From positions 25,929 through 89,928 of the forward strand of contig CAZGAO010000009.1 of the NCBI GenBank assembly GCA_964523795.1: DNA of 64,000 nucleotides, written 5' to 3'. The translations under genes were made by a program, and so were the position numbers. Below, piece after piece: positions 38,020 to 47,564 of this stretch. Numbering within the stretch: the stretch's first letter is position 1; each line of letters opens with the position of its first letter. Source of the DNA: an uncultured Lentimicrobiaceae bacterium (GTDB lineage: Bacteria; Bacteroidota; Bacteroidia; Bacteroidales; 4484-276). The notes below the pieces were generated by a model. That model did no database searches. It was not told the origin of the DNA and saw only the letters and a program-made list of their open reading frames with translations.

Positions 38020-38835
38020 ATGAATTTTAAACCCGCCCAACGTATGAGTAAGGCCTTCCGCAGTTTGATATTCCTCTTGCTAATTTCCGTTTTATTCACC
38101 GCTTGCGTTGAGGAGAAAAAGCCCTTCACCCTTGCTGTTTCTTACCTTTCGGGCAATCCCGAAGAAAGCAATTACATCCAATGGCTTAAACAGGTGGAAC
38201 CGGATTTGAATTATGTGGTGATGAACAGCTTACCCCTGGATTCAGTGGCTCATATTTTCGATGATTGTTCGGGCTTGCTGCTTACCGGCGGAGAGGATGT
38301 ATTTCCCGGAAGGTATGGCCAGGCCGAAGATACGGTGAAATGCGGTACGATTAATTATTACCGGGATTCGCTCGAGTTTTTGCTCATCGATCGGGCTATG
38401 CATCGGCAAACCCCTATTTTGGGTGTGTGTCGCGGGCAGCAGATATTAAATGTGGCTTTGGGTGGCTCGCTCATCGTGGACATTCCCTCCGAGGTACATT
38501 CGCTGGTGCCGCATCGCTGCGATGACTGGCAAAACTGCTTTCATCAGGTAAAAGTTTTAGATAATAATTTGTTATCTCAGATTTCGGGAGTGGGAGCAGG
38601 GCTGGTAACCACCAATCATCATCAGGCCGTTAAGCGGCTGGGCGAGCCATTCAGAGTGCTGGCCGTAGCCAACGATGGCATTATCGAATCCATCGGCTGG
38701 AAAGAACCGCAGGATAAACCCTGGCTCCTGGCCGTGCAGTGGCATCCCGAGCGCATGGATTCCACCAACCAACTTTCTCGTCCCCTGGCCGAACGCCTGC
38801 TTGAGGAGGCGCATCTTTATCATCAAAATAATTAA
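38020..38835 (+). CDS. Peptidase C26 / class-I glutamine amidotransferase-like (gamma-glutamyl-GABA hydrolase family) lipoprotein
   Basis: LLLTGGEDV..., catalytic GVCRGQQILNVALGGSL, HH pair; N-terminal signal peptide with Cys (LFTAC). Confidence 0.6.
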   Translation: MNFKPAQRMSKAFRSLIFLLLISVLFTACVEEKKPFTLAVSYLSGNPEESNYIQWLKQVEPDLNYVVMNSLPLDSVAHIFDDCSGLLLTGGEDVFPGRYGQAEDTVKCGTINYYRDSLEFLLIDRAMHRQTPILGVCRGQQILNVALGGSLIVDIPSEVHSLVPHRCDDWQNCFHQVKVLDNNLLSQISGVGAGLVTTNHHQAVKRLGEPFRVLAVANDGIIESIGWKEPQDKPWLLAVQWHPERMDSTNQLSRPLAERLLEEAHLYHQNN

Positions 38836-38858
38836 TAAACCGATAAACTGAAATAATT

Positions 38859-39824
38859 ATGATAGTAGTAACTGGTGCTGCAGGATTTATAGGAAGTGTC
38901 CTTGTTGGGAAGCTCAACAAAGAGGGACAGAATGATTTAGTGCTTGTGGATGATTTCTCGAATGAGGCAAAAAACCGTAACCTCGAAAATAAAATCTATA
39001 AGGCAAAAGTTGACCGCGAGCATTTTTTCGAGTGGCTGGATGAAAATCACAGTCGTGTGGATTTTATCTTTCACATTGGCGCACGCACTGATACTGCCGA
39101 ATTTGATAAAGCGATTTTTGATAAACTCAATCTTAACTATACCAAAACGATGTGGGAGCGATGTACTCGCTATTCCATTCCGCTGATATACGCCAGCTCG
39201 GCGGCTACTTACGGCCTGGGCGAATTGGGCTACGACGACCGCCACGATATTGTACCCAACCTCAAGCCCTTAAATGCTTACGGCGAATCGAAAAATGACC
39301 TGGATAAATGGGTTTTGAAACAAGCTTCTGAACCGCCTTTCTGGGCTGGCTTCAAATTTTTTAATGTGTATGGACCCAACGAGTTTCATAAGTCGCGGAT
39401 GGCTTCGGTTATTTTTCATGCCTTCCATCAGATAGGAGAAACCGGGAAAATGAAACTCTTCCGCTCTCATCGTCCTGACTTTGAAGACGGGCAGCAACTG
39501 CGCGATTTTATATATGTAATAGATGTGGTGGAGGTATTGATGTATTTTATTAAAAATCCCTGGCAATCCGGCCTTTATAACCTGGGCACCGGAAAGGCAC
39601 GCAGCTTTTTGGACTTAACCCTGGCCACCTTTGCCGCGATGGGAAAAGAGCCGGTGATCGAGTTTATTGATACCCCGCTCGATATTCGCGACAAGTACCA
39701 GTATTTTACCGAAGCCAATATGCAAAAAGTGCTCAATGCTGGTTATCGAAAAGTTTTCACTCCGCTCGAAATGGGCGTTCGCGATTATGTAAAAAACTAT
39801 CTTATCCCCGGGAAGTATTATTAA
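38859..39824 (+). CDS. hldD: ADP-L-glycero-D-manno-heptose-6-epimerase
   Basis: MIVVTGAAGFIGS..LVLVDDFS.., YASSAATYG, YGESKNDLDKWV; colinear with E. coli HldD/RfaD. Confidence 0.75.
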   Translation: MIVVTGAAGFIGSVLVGKLNKEGQNDLVLVDDFSNEAKNRNLENKIYKAKVDREHFFEWLDENHSRVDFIFHIGARTDTAEFDKAIFDKLNLNYTKTMWERCTRYSIPLIYASSAATYGLGELGYDDRHDIVPNLKPLNAYGESKNDLDKWVLKQASEPPFWAGFKFFNVYGPNEFHKSRMASVIFHAFHQIGETGKMKLFRSHRPDFEDGQQLRDFIYVIDVVEVLMYFIKNPWQSGLYNLGTGKARSFLDLTLATFAAMGKEPVIEFIDTPLDIRDKYQYFTEANMQKVLNAGYRKVFTPLEMGVRDYVKNYLIPGKYY

Positions 39825-40000
39825 ACAATGGTAGTAATAATATTTTGGGGCTTTACACCATTTGCGACTACGGATGATATTTGGTTTCTACAAATGCCGA
39901 TTGTATATCGAGCGTGCTCGCTCTTTGGGCAGTAAATTACGGTGTTCTGCAATTGCAATTCTGACCGATGGTTGGCTTATCTTTTGCCTGGTTTTTCAAG

Positions 40001-40036
40001 TGAGGACATTAAAGTCGTAAACGACTTTAACTTCCT
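40001..40036. repeat. Imperfect palindromic hairpin GAGGACATTAAAGTCGT-AA-ACGACTTTAACTTCCTC, related to the hairpin at 46781
   Basis: Shares the core TTAAAGTCGT(T/A)AACGACTTTAA with 46791-46815. Confidence 0.45.
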
Positions 40037-40085
40037 CATCATTAAAAAAATGCACTGCCTCTATTGTGATAATTACGGAGAAGTG

Positions 40086-40535
40086 CTACAGCTTCGGTTT
40101 TCGTGTATATGAAAATCGTTGGTTCATATTCCAGCTTTCGCCGCCATCCTGCAAATGATACATTTCTTTTATAAAATGATCATCATTGGGCGTTATCATT
40201 TTAATTTGGACATTTGATTTTCCTGCTTTGCTCAAATCCAAATTCTCCATCAGCAAGGTGTCGTTGTTAAAAATGCCCGTAAAAATATCCATTTTCGAAT
40301 CAAAAGAATTAAAGCTTGTCATCTGATATTTTTCGATATCCGAATTATAAACCCAGTTTTGTATAAGCCCGATGGGAAAATAATTGTTGTAAGTTATGTT
40401 TTCTTCGAGCAGGTTTTTAACCTCCGCCCGGACAATTGTCGAAAAGCTGGAGTCGCTTAATTGCATTTGCCCCGATCGGTCAGGGTTTTCTATTGCCACC
40501 AGCCATTTCCCTGTCATAAAACTAAGTTTTTCCAT
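40086..40535 (-). CDS. Hypothetical protein (149 aa)
   Basis: ORF only; no recognisable motif. Confidence 0.35.
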   Translation of the reverse strand: MEKLSFMTGKWLVAIENPDRSGQMQLSDSSFSTIVRAEVKNLLEENITYNNYFPIGLIQNWVYNSDIEKYQMTSFNSFDSKMDIFTGIFNNDTLLMENLDLSKAGKSNVQIKMITPNDDHFIKEMYHLQDGGESWNMNQRFSYTRKPKL

Positions 40536-40544
40536 CTGCGGGCT

Positions 40545-41264
40545 TTATGGGAAATTAAAAATCGCAGCACCAAATTCCGGGTTTATCTCCACCTCCTTTA
40601 TCTCGACTACCCGATTGCGGATACTAAAGACGCGCTCGGTATAAAAAGGCAAAACGATATTTTCTACTTCTCTAAAATCGCTATAAAAAACCTGCTGAGT
40701 TGTTGGTTCTGCAAAATCGGCCCAGCGCGAAGTGGACATCACCTCGAGGTAAGTCGCGGTGTCGAGATACCAGGTTTCGCGGTAGCTACTCTCGCGGGTC
40801 AGTTCTAATTTATAGGTATCTACTCCTTCGGTCTTTTCGATGCCCTCGTAACTGAGGGTGTAGCCTTTTTGTTGATAATCGAAAAAGGGGGTACAAAATT
40901 CAGCCTTTTGTTGTATCACGTACTTTTCAGCCTCATTTGCTACATGCGGGAAACCGAGTTCAAACCATGGGTCGTCCACCCAGTAGGTCGCACCGTTGCA
41001 GCCTTCGATAACGCGATACTGTCCCTTGTGATGGTTGCTATAAAACTTTCCATCGCGCGCCTTATATTCGGTGTAGGGTTTTACTTCGCTAAATGCGGTG
41101 AAATCCCCTGATATTTTTAGCGATTGTATCCTGCCCCAGTTTTCTGTTCCACCATGAGCTTCGATGTGTTTTTTAACTATCGCATCAGCCGTTTGCCCAA
41201 AACAAAATCCACCAAACAAAATCAATATTGCTATTATCAAAACCCCTTGCTTCATTTTTTTCAT
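40545..41264 (-). CDS. Secreted hypothetical protein, possibly LolA-like/outer-membrane lipoprotein-sorting fold family
   Basis: Signal peptide MKKMKQGVLIIAILILFGGFCFGQ; N-terminal IVKKHIEAHGGTENWGRIQSL resembles DUF4292/LolA-like Bacteroidota proteins (weak). Confidence 0.35.
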   Translation of the reverse strand: MKKMKQGVLIIAILILFGGFCFGQTADAIVKKHIEAHGGTENWGRIQSLKISGDFTAFSEVKPYTEYKARDGKFYSNHHKGQYRVIEGCNGATYWVDDPWFELGFPHVANEAEKYVIQQKAEFCTPFFDYQQKGYTLSYEGIEKTEGVDTYKLELTRESSYRETWYLDTATYLEVMSTSRWADFAEPTTQQVFYSDFREVENIVLPFYTERVFSIRNRVVEIKEVEINPEFGAAIFNFP

Positions 41265-41275
41265 AAGTCGATTAT

Positions 41276-42529
41276 TTAAAATTTATAACAAGCCACTTTG
41301 GATAAATTGCGTACAAAGAGTTTTCCATCCGAGTATGAGGGTGCAGTCCAGGCTTTTCCGGTGAGTGTTTGAAATGAAGCCACTTCCTGATAGGATTCAG
41401 GCGTGGCTTCTGTAACTATAATTTTGCCCTGGTCGGATAGAGCCACCAGTTTGTCGCCGACAATTATCAAGCTGCCCTTGCCAAAGCCTCGTTTTCCCCA
41501 GGTCATTTCGCCGCTCTCCACGGATACACATTGTAGCTTCGCCTTCGAAAATCCATACAGATAGCCCTGGTAGTAGCACGAAGAGCTCCAGTTATTTTGC
41601 ATGGTTGGACTCTTCAAAACTTCGGTGGCAATAGTATCGTTTACCTCAAGCACAAAGCTGCCGGTATTGCTAACCGAGGATACAAAAATACGGTTTGGCG
41701 CGATAAACACAGGCATAGCCATGGGTCCGCGCAAGGGCATCCGGTATTGCCAAAGCAAAGCACCTGTGGGATTGAGGGCGTACAACATCGTGTCGTTGGC
41801 AAAAATAATTTGCTTCTGATTATTAATATCTGCCACCATTGGCGAATTGTAGGAGGCCATGCCTGTGCCAGTACTCCAAACTATCTTTCCGGTTTTTTTG
41901 TCGAAGGCCGTAAAAGCCTGCTTCTCTCCACCGCCGGTTTCCAGTATCACCACATCGGCTATTAAAAGCGGCGAAGTGCTGAAACCCCACCGCAGGATGG
42001 CCGTTCCAAATTCCTCAGGCAGATTAACCTTCCAAAGTTCGGAGCCATCATCTTTGTCGATAGCCACAAATTGGCCATAGCCACTCAGGCAATATACCGC
42101 CTCATCATCGATGGCGGGCGTTGAGCGCGGGCCATGACCCCAGCCATCCACTTCTACCCACATCGAATCCACGCGGGTCTTCCACAACTCTTCACCATTA
42201 CCAATTTCAAGCGCAGCGAGATATGTATAATTGGCGTGGAGGGTGTCAGCATAAAAAACATAAGCCTTGTTATCTGAAAGCACTACTTCCGAAAAACCAC
42301 TTCCAATATCCTTGCTCCAGACAGGCTCAGCAACCGAAGTGGGAATTATTTCCGGGAAATTTGCCTGGTTTACTACGCCGTTTCGGGAGGATCCTCGAAA
42401 CTGATTCCACTCGTTCTGAGCCTGGATTTGAGTTAAGACCATGATGCTAATCATCATTATCGATAAAGCCTTAAAAGTAGCCAGGCCATTTTTTCTAAAT
42501 TGAAATTGATAAAGTAACATTTGTGACAA
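41276..42529 (-). CDS. PQQ-repeat beta-propeller protein (BamB-like fold)
   Basis: Repeated ...GSELWK..., AIDKDDGSELWKVNL, VYALNPTGALLWQYRM motifs typical of PQQ enzyme repeats; signal peptide. Confidence 0.6.
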   Translation of the reverse strand: MSQMLLYQFQFRKNGLATFKALSIMMISIMVLTQIQAQNEWNQFRGSSRNGVVNQANFPEIIPTSVAEPVWSKDIGSGFSEVVLSDNKAYVFYADTLHANYTYLAALEIGNGEELWKTRVDSMWVEVDGWGHGPRSTPAIDDEAVYCLSGYGQFVAIDKDDGSELWKVNLPEEFGTAILRWGFSTSPLLIADVVILETGGGEKQAFTAFDKKTGKIVWSTGTGMASYNSPMVADINNQKQIIFANDTMLYALNPTGALLWQYRMPLRGPMAMPVFIAPNRIFVSSVSNTGSFVLEVNDTIATEVLKSPTMQNNWSSSCYYQGYLYGFSKAKLQCVSVESGEMTWGKRGFGKGSLIIVGDKLVALSDQGKIIVTEATPESYQEVASFQTLTGKAWTAPSYSDGKLFVRNLSKVACYKF

Positions 42530-42610
42530 TTGATTTTTAAAATATTGAATACCGAATACTGAACATCGAATTTTGAAGTGTAAGAACTAATCATCGGATG
42601 ACTTCTCCAT

Positions 42611-44035
42611 TTACTCCACATATCCCAACTTGAGCATATTCGACTTACCGGGTTCGTTGATGGGCATATTGGAGATGTGTACCAGCAAGTCGCCGGGCTG
42701 CACCAGGCCTTTCTGTTTTAGCTCCTGCTTCAGGTCGCTAATGGTTTGGTCGGTATTAATATAGCGGTCGAAAAATACCGGTTTTACGCCCCACACAATA
42801 TTTAACCTGCGCAAAATATCCTGGGTATTGGCAAAGCCAAAAATAACGGCATTGGGGCGGTGCGAGGCTATCTTGGCTGTGGAATAACCCGAGGAGGCCA
42901 CCGACACAATAGCTTTTGCTCCTGCCTCGCGGGCCACGTTGCAGCCGCTGTAAATGATAGAATCAGAAATAAAACGGGGATTGTTTTTTACGGTCGGGAT
43001 GTGGTGTCGGTGATAGATACCCTCGTAAAGTTCCACCTCGGAGATAATTTTTTGCATGGTCTCCACGGTTTCGGTTGGAAATTTCCCCACCGAGGTTTCG
43101 CCGCTCAGCATCAGGGCATCGGCACCGTCCATCACCGAGTTTGCCACATCGTTTACCTCGGCGCGGGTGGGGCGGGTGCTGTTGATCATGCCTTCCATCA
43201 TTTGGGTGGCGATTATGACCGGGCGAGCCTGGCTGAGGCATTTTTTAACAATCATTTTTTGTATCATCGGCACATTCTGCAGGGGTACTTCTACGCCCAA
43301 ATCGCCGCGTGCCACCATGATGCCATCGGCAGCCATAACAATCGAATCGATGTTTTTTACGCCTTCGGGTTTCTCAATTTTTGCAATCACAGGCAGAATG
43401 CGATTGGGACTTAGGGTTTTCATCAGCGATTTCAAACCTTCGATGTCGGCAGCCAGCCGCACAAACGAAAGCGCAATCCAATCTACTTTGTGGTCGAGGA
43501 TAAACTTCACATCCTGCTTATCTTTTTCGGTAAGCGAGGGCAGCGACACTTTGGTGTCGGGCAGGTTTACGCCCTTGCGCGACATTAGCAGGCCGCCATC
43601 CAGCACGCGGGCTTCCACCTCGCTTTTGCCATCGGTCTTGCTTATGCGCAGACTGATCTTGCCATCATCGAGCAAAATATTTTCGCCAACGTGCACATCG
43701 CGGGCAAAATCCTTGTAGTTGACAAAAATCTTTTCACCACCGCTTTCGTGTTCATCGTTAGTGAAATAAATGGTTTGGCCTTCGCTCAGGGGGATGCCTT
43801 CGGGAGCCACTTCGCCAACCCGGATTTTTGGCCCCTGCAAATCAGCCAGAATCGCCACATGCGTTTCCAGCTTTGCGTTCAGGTCGTGAATGTCGTGAAT
43901 GATCCGGGAAAAAACCTTGTAATCGACATGCGAAAAATTTAATCGAAAAACGTCCACGCCGGCATAAATCAGTTTTTTGAGCATGGCAGGCGAGGAGCTG
44001 GCAGGCCCTAAGGTGGCTATAATTTTTGTTTTCAT
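42611..44035 (-). CDS. pyk: Pyruvate kinase
   Basis: MKTKIIATLGPASSSPAMLKKLIYAGVDVFRLNFSH..., MVARGDLGVE, full-length colinearity. Confidence 0.9.
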   Translation of the reverse strand: MKTKIIATLGPASSSPAMLKKLIYAGVDVFRLNFSHVDYKVFSRIIHDIHDLNAKLETHVAILADLQGPKIRVGEVAPEGIPLSEGQTIYFTNDEHESGGEKIFVNYKDFARDVHVGENILLDDGKISLRISKTDGKSEVEARVLDGGLLMSRKGVNLPDTKVSLPSLTEKDKQDVKFILDHKVDWIALSFVRLAADIEGLKSLMKTLSPNRILPVIAKIEKPEGVKNIDSIVMAADGIMVARGDLGVEVPLQNVPMIQKMIVKKCLSQARPVIIATQMMEGMINSTRPTRAEVNDVANSVMDGADALMLSGETSVGKFPTETVETMQKIISEVELYEGIYHRHHIPTVKNNPRFISDSIIYSGCNVAREAGAKAIVSVASSGYSTAKIASHRPNAVIFGFANTQDILRRLNIVWGVKPVFFDRYINTDQTISDLKQELKQKGLVQPGDLLVHISNMPINEPGKSNMLKLGYVE

Positions 44036-44107
44036 AATTCTTACTTTAATTCATCAAATATTTTTGTCAGGATTATTTTTTTAATTTTTGAAAATGTAAA
44101 TATGATT

Positions 44108-44650
44108 TTACTGACTATAAAGTTTCCGCACGGCTTTTTGCTGCGTGGGTTTTAGTTTTATTCTACTTTCCTCATAAGCCTTGTTCATGTCCAGCTTGTG
44201 ATATTCCAAATCGGTAATCAAATTGTTGATAAACTTTAGGGTCTTTGCCTCTTTGCCTTTAGGGTTTTCCTGAAGCACAATTTGGTTTACATCAAAAATA
44301 TCTGCAATCTGGCTAATTGACTTTTGAATTTCGGTCAGTCTGATGGCGGATAACTGCCCCCGGATGAGCAACAAAAACAGATTCATCATTTGTTTTTGAC
44401 CGCTGATGTCTTGTATTAAATGATATTCGGTTTGTTCTTCATCCAAAGAAAAAAACAAAGAAAAAGGACTTGCTCCCGTTTCATTAAGATAAACCGGAAT
44501 ATCTTTCTGGCGGGTAAGGTTCAGATTAAGTTGCGCGTTGAGATGAAAAGCAAGGGTATAGTCAACCAGGGTTGTTGAAATACCAAAAATAGTAAAATCG
44601 TGGTGCTGGCAATGCTGCGAGCTTAACTTCTGCTTTTTCATCAGGGGCAA
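44108..44650 (-). CDS. Hypothetical protein (180 aa), possibly IPExxxVDY-family
   Basis: TLVDYTLAFHLN near the N-terminus; otherwise uncharacterised. Confidence 0.35.
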   Translation of the reverse strand: MPLMKKQKLSSQHCQHHDFTIFGISTTLVDYTLAFHLNAQLNLNLTRQKDIPVYLNETGASPFSLFFSLDEEQTEYHLIQDISGQKQMMNLFLLLIRGQLSAIRLTEIQKSISQIADIFDVNQIVLQENPKGKEAKTLKFINNLITDLEYHKLDMNKAYEESRIKLKPTQQKAVRKLYSQ

Positions 44651-44666
44651 AATTAAGGCTTTATAA

Positions 44667-46643
44667 TTACACTATTCGCCCATCGAGATAAACTTTTGGA
44701 TGTTTTTTTCCAAAGAAATGAACAATCAAAAATAAAATCAAAATATTGAGCGGGATAAGCACCATTGATGAAACGCCATAAGCAGCCGGGATAGTTCCAA
44801 ACAAAATACCCGTTCCCCCCACAGTAAGGGCGTAGGGCATTTGGGTGCGTACGTGGCTGATGTGATTACACGAACTGGCCAAGGAGCTAAGAATGGTAGT
44901 ATCGGAAATGGGCGAGCAATGATCGCCCAGCACCGAACCGGCAAGCACCGCCGAAACCACATTATGAAAAATGGCGATAGAGGTATCGTAATCCAGTCCT
45001 GCTTCCTGGCATATTAGCCATGAGGCCGGCAGAATAAGCGGATACAAAATGGCCATGGTGCCCCACGATGAGCCCGTGGAAAACGACACCAGCGCGGCCA
45101 GCAAAAAGGTTAAAGCCGGCACCAAAAAAGGCGAAAGCTGAAATTGAATCATGCTGGACGAAATAAATTCGGCAGTATGCAAATGCTGGGTTATCATGGC
45201 TATCGACCAGGCCAAAACAAGAATGATGACTGCCGTGAGCATGGTTTTAAATCCATGCAGCATGGCATCGATGCTTTTGGTAAGAGACAGCAGTCGCTGC
45301 GAAACCGAAAGGATGATAGCCACCACCACTCCGGCCAACGACGACCACAGCAGAGCACTAAAGGAATCGGCATGACCGATAACGCGGGTAAGATTGGTGC
45401 CTAAGGCCAGGCTTTCATCCCAACCTGTGGCCTTAATGCCGGTGATAACAAGCCCTACGATTGTACCTGTCACAATGACCATTACCGGAACAAAGGCATT
45501 GTACCAACGCGCCTGTACGCCTGCTTCAGGCTCGGCATCCTTGTGAAAATCGGCTGTGGAATTATCGTTGGGGTCTTCGTTATTTTGTCCCAAACGGGCG
45601 CGTTTTTCGACCGGATACATGGGTCCAAAATCCCGGCGTTTCCAGATGATGAAGAGCATAAAGAAAATAGAGAGGATGGGATAAAACGAATATTGCAGGG
45701 AGTTTAAAAAAACATCATAGGGCGTTTCGGGGAGTCCCAGATTTTTTATCCCGTCCTGAATGTAACTCAGCTCGGCACCTATCCAGGTGGTAACAAAGGC
45801 TATCGAAGCAATGGGTGCCGCCGTAGAATCGACAATGTAAGCCAGCTTTTCGCGCGATACTTTCAGGCGGTCGGTAACCGGGCGCATGGTGTTGCCCACC
45901 ACGAGGGAGTTGGCATAATCGTCGAAAAATATCATAATACCCAAAACCCAAGTTACCATCTGCCCCGAGCGGGCGTTGGTAGCGTATTTCGACAGCTTGT
46001 TAACGATGCCCGTCATGCCCCCGTTTTTGGTGATGATCCCCACCATCCCACCGATCATCATCGAAAAAATAATGATCGACAAATGGCTCTTGTCATTCAT
46101 CGCATCGAGGATGTAAGTATCGATAACCGCAAAAAAGCCATTGAAGAGTGCTTCGAAAAAATGCTGACCACGATAAAAAAAGATGATGAAGGTTCCTACC
46201 AAAATTCCTACGAACAAGGCCGAATAAACCTCGCGGACAAACAGAGCCATAAGTATCGCGATAAGTGGCGGAAAAATCGACAGCCACAGCGGAATGGGCG
46301 TGAAATCATCATCAAAACTAAAATCCTGAATCTGGATTTGTAAATGGGAATTATCGGTAAAAATATGTTGATATTCGGCCTCGCCATTAGTGAAAACCAG
46401 TTCTTCGGGCGTACCGTTAATGGTTGCGATACGCACGCCATCAATAGACGCTTTTATCTCGACATCACTAACCGTAAATACAAAACTGGTGGGGATATCC
46501 CGCATAATAATATCGGGATGGCTTACCTGTAGATTGCTGTTGGTGAGTGTAGGATTTTGCTCCTCGCCATGCGGCAATGCAAGGCCATGAAGCTGGCATA
46601 GCAAGAGAAAGACAATACCGATTTGAGCTAAAGAAATTCTCAC
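44667..46643 (-). CDS. Na+/H+ antiporter NhaC-family membrane transporter with about 120-aa N-terminal extracytoplasmic extension
   Basis: Multi-TM core matching NhaC (..GIVNKLSKYA.., ..AELSYIQDGIKNLGLP..); the ORF-track start is GTG, and an internal ATG (MRDIP) is also possible. Confidence 0.7.
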   Translation of the reverse strand: MRISLAQIGIVFLLLCQLHGLALPHGEEQNPTLTNSNLQVSHPDIIMRDIPTSFVFTVSDVEIKASIDGVRIATINGTPEELVFTNGEAEYQHIFTDNSHLQIQIQDFSFDDDFTPIPLWLSIFPPLIAILMALFVREVYSALFVGILVGTFIIFFYRGQHFFEALFNGFFAVIDTYILDAMNDKSHLSIIIFSMMIGGMVGIITKNGGMTGIVNKLSKYATNARSGQMVTWVLGIMIFFDDYANSLVVGNTMRPVTDRLKVSREKLAYIVDSTAAPIASIAFVTTWIGAELSYIQDGIKNLGLPETPYDVFLNSLQYSFYPILSIFFMLFIIWKRRDFGPMYPVEKRARLGQNNEDPNDNSTADFHKDAEPEAGVQARWYNAFVPVMVIVTGTIVGLVITGIKATGWDESLALGTNLTRVIGHADSFSALLWSSLAGVVVAIILSVSQRLLSLTKSIDAMLHGFKTMLTAVIILVLAWSIAMITQHLHTAEFISSSMIQFQLSPFLVPALTFLLAALVSFSTGSSWGTMAILYPLILPASWLICQEAGLDYDTSIAIFHNVVSAVLAGSVLGDHCSPISDTTILSSLASSCNHISHVRTQMPYALTVGGTGILFGTIPAAYGVSSMVLIPLNILILFLIVHFFGKKHPKVYLDGRIV

Positions 46644-46780
46644 AATTTTAGTTTGCGGCTAAAGTAGTTAAGAATTTTAAAATGTGAAGAATTCTAATTG
46701 ATTTTCGTGTTGGAGGGGAAAAATGATTTTTCAGAAAGGCGGGGGATTTCTTTCTAAAGGTTGGAGTTGGCTTTTTTTAG

Positions 46781-46822
46781 GTGAGCACTTTAAAGTCGTT
46801 AACGACTTTAAAGTGCTCACCT
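46781..46822. repeat. Perfect 42-bp palindrome AGGTGAGCACTTTAAAGTCGTT|AACGACTTTAAAGTGCTCACCT flanked 5' by T7 and 3' by A7
   Basis: Seen directly; the T-run precedes the stem in both orientations, so it is not a canonical intrinsic terminator; related to the hairpin at 40001. Confidence 0.5.
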
Positions 46823-47107
46823 AAAAAAAGCCCTGGGAAGGCCAGACAAAAATAACGCAGCCATTGGTGGAAATCGCAGGTGCGGAGCACCGCAATATTT
46901 GGTGTGCCGGGCATGTAGTAAACCTAACGGGTGTCTGGGAAATTTCAAAAGTCCTGCGAGAGTCGTTATGACCGGAATCTCATAGTCGAAGGCAAGGGTG
47001 TCCCGAGTGATTGATCCCGATCGTGCGGGATGAAGGAAGCCACAGACAAACAATTGATTTGACGAATAGAAACCGGATACAAGGTATGTCTTTCCGGGTA
47101 ACTGAGC

Positions 47108-47545
47108 CATAAGTCACGAATGGCCTCGATTATTTTTCAGGCCTTCCCCCAGATAGGAAAAACCGGGAAAATGAAACTCTTCCGCTCCCACCGTCCCGAC
47201 TTTGAAGACGGGCAGCAACTGCGCGATTTTATTTATGTAATAGATGTGGTGGAGGTATTGATGCATTTTATTAATAATCCCTGGCAATCCGGCCTTTACA
47301 ACCTGGGTACCGGAAAGGCACGCAGCTTTTTGGACTTGACCCTGGCCACCTTTGCCGCGATGGGAAAAGAGCCGGTGATCGAGTTTATTGATACCCCGCT
47401 CGACATTCGCGACAAGTACCAATATTTTACCGAGGCCAATATGCAAAAAGTGCTCAATGCCGGTTATCGAAAAGTTTTTACTCCGCTCGAAATGGGCGTT
47501 CGCGATTATGTAAAAAACTATCTCATCCCCGGCAGGTATTATTAA
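47108..47545 (+). pseudogene. Orphan duplicate of the 3' end of hldD (C-terminal 141 codons, about 95% nt identity to 39387-39824)
   Basis: The ORF 47120-47545 protein is near-identical to the HldD C-terminus (MAS(I/V)IF(Q/H)AF..IGKTGKMKLFRSHRPDFEDGQQLRDFIYVIDVVEVLM...); no N-terminal portion upstream. Confidence 0.7.
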
Positions 47546-47564
47546 ACAAAAGCTTCAACAGCAC

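Noticed and set aside
46781-46822. Perfect palindrome as a bidirectional intrinsic terminator
   Set aside because: The T-run lies 5' of the stem and the A-run 3' in both orientations, so neither strand has a stem followed by a U-tract; kept as a repeat only.
46860-46900. SRP (4.5S) RNA gene
   Set aside because: Only the 3'-half-like GUGUGCCGGGCAUGUAG stretch is present; the GGAAGGAAGCAGCC domain-IV partner is not found in the right position.
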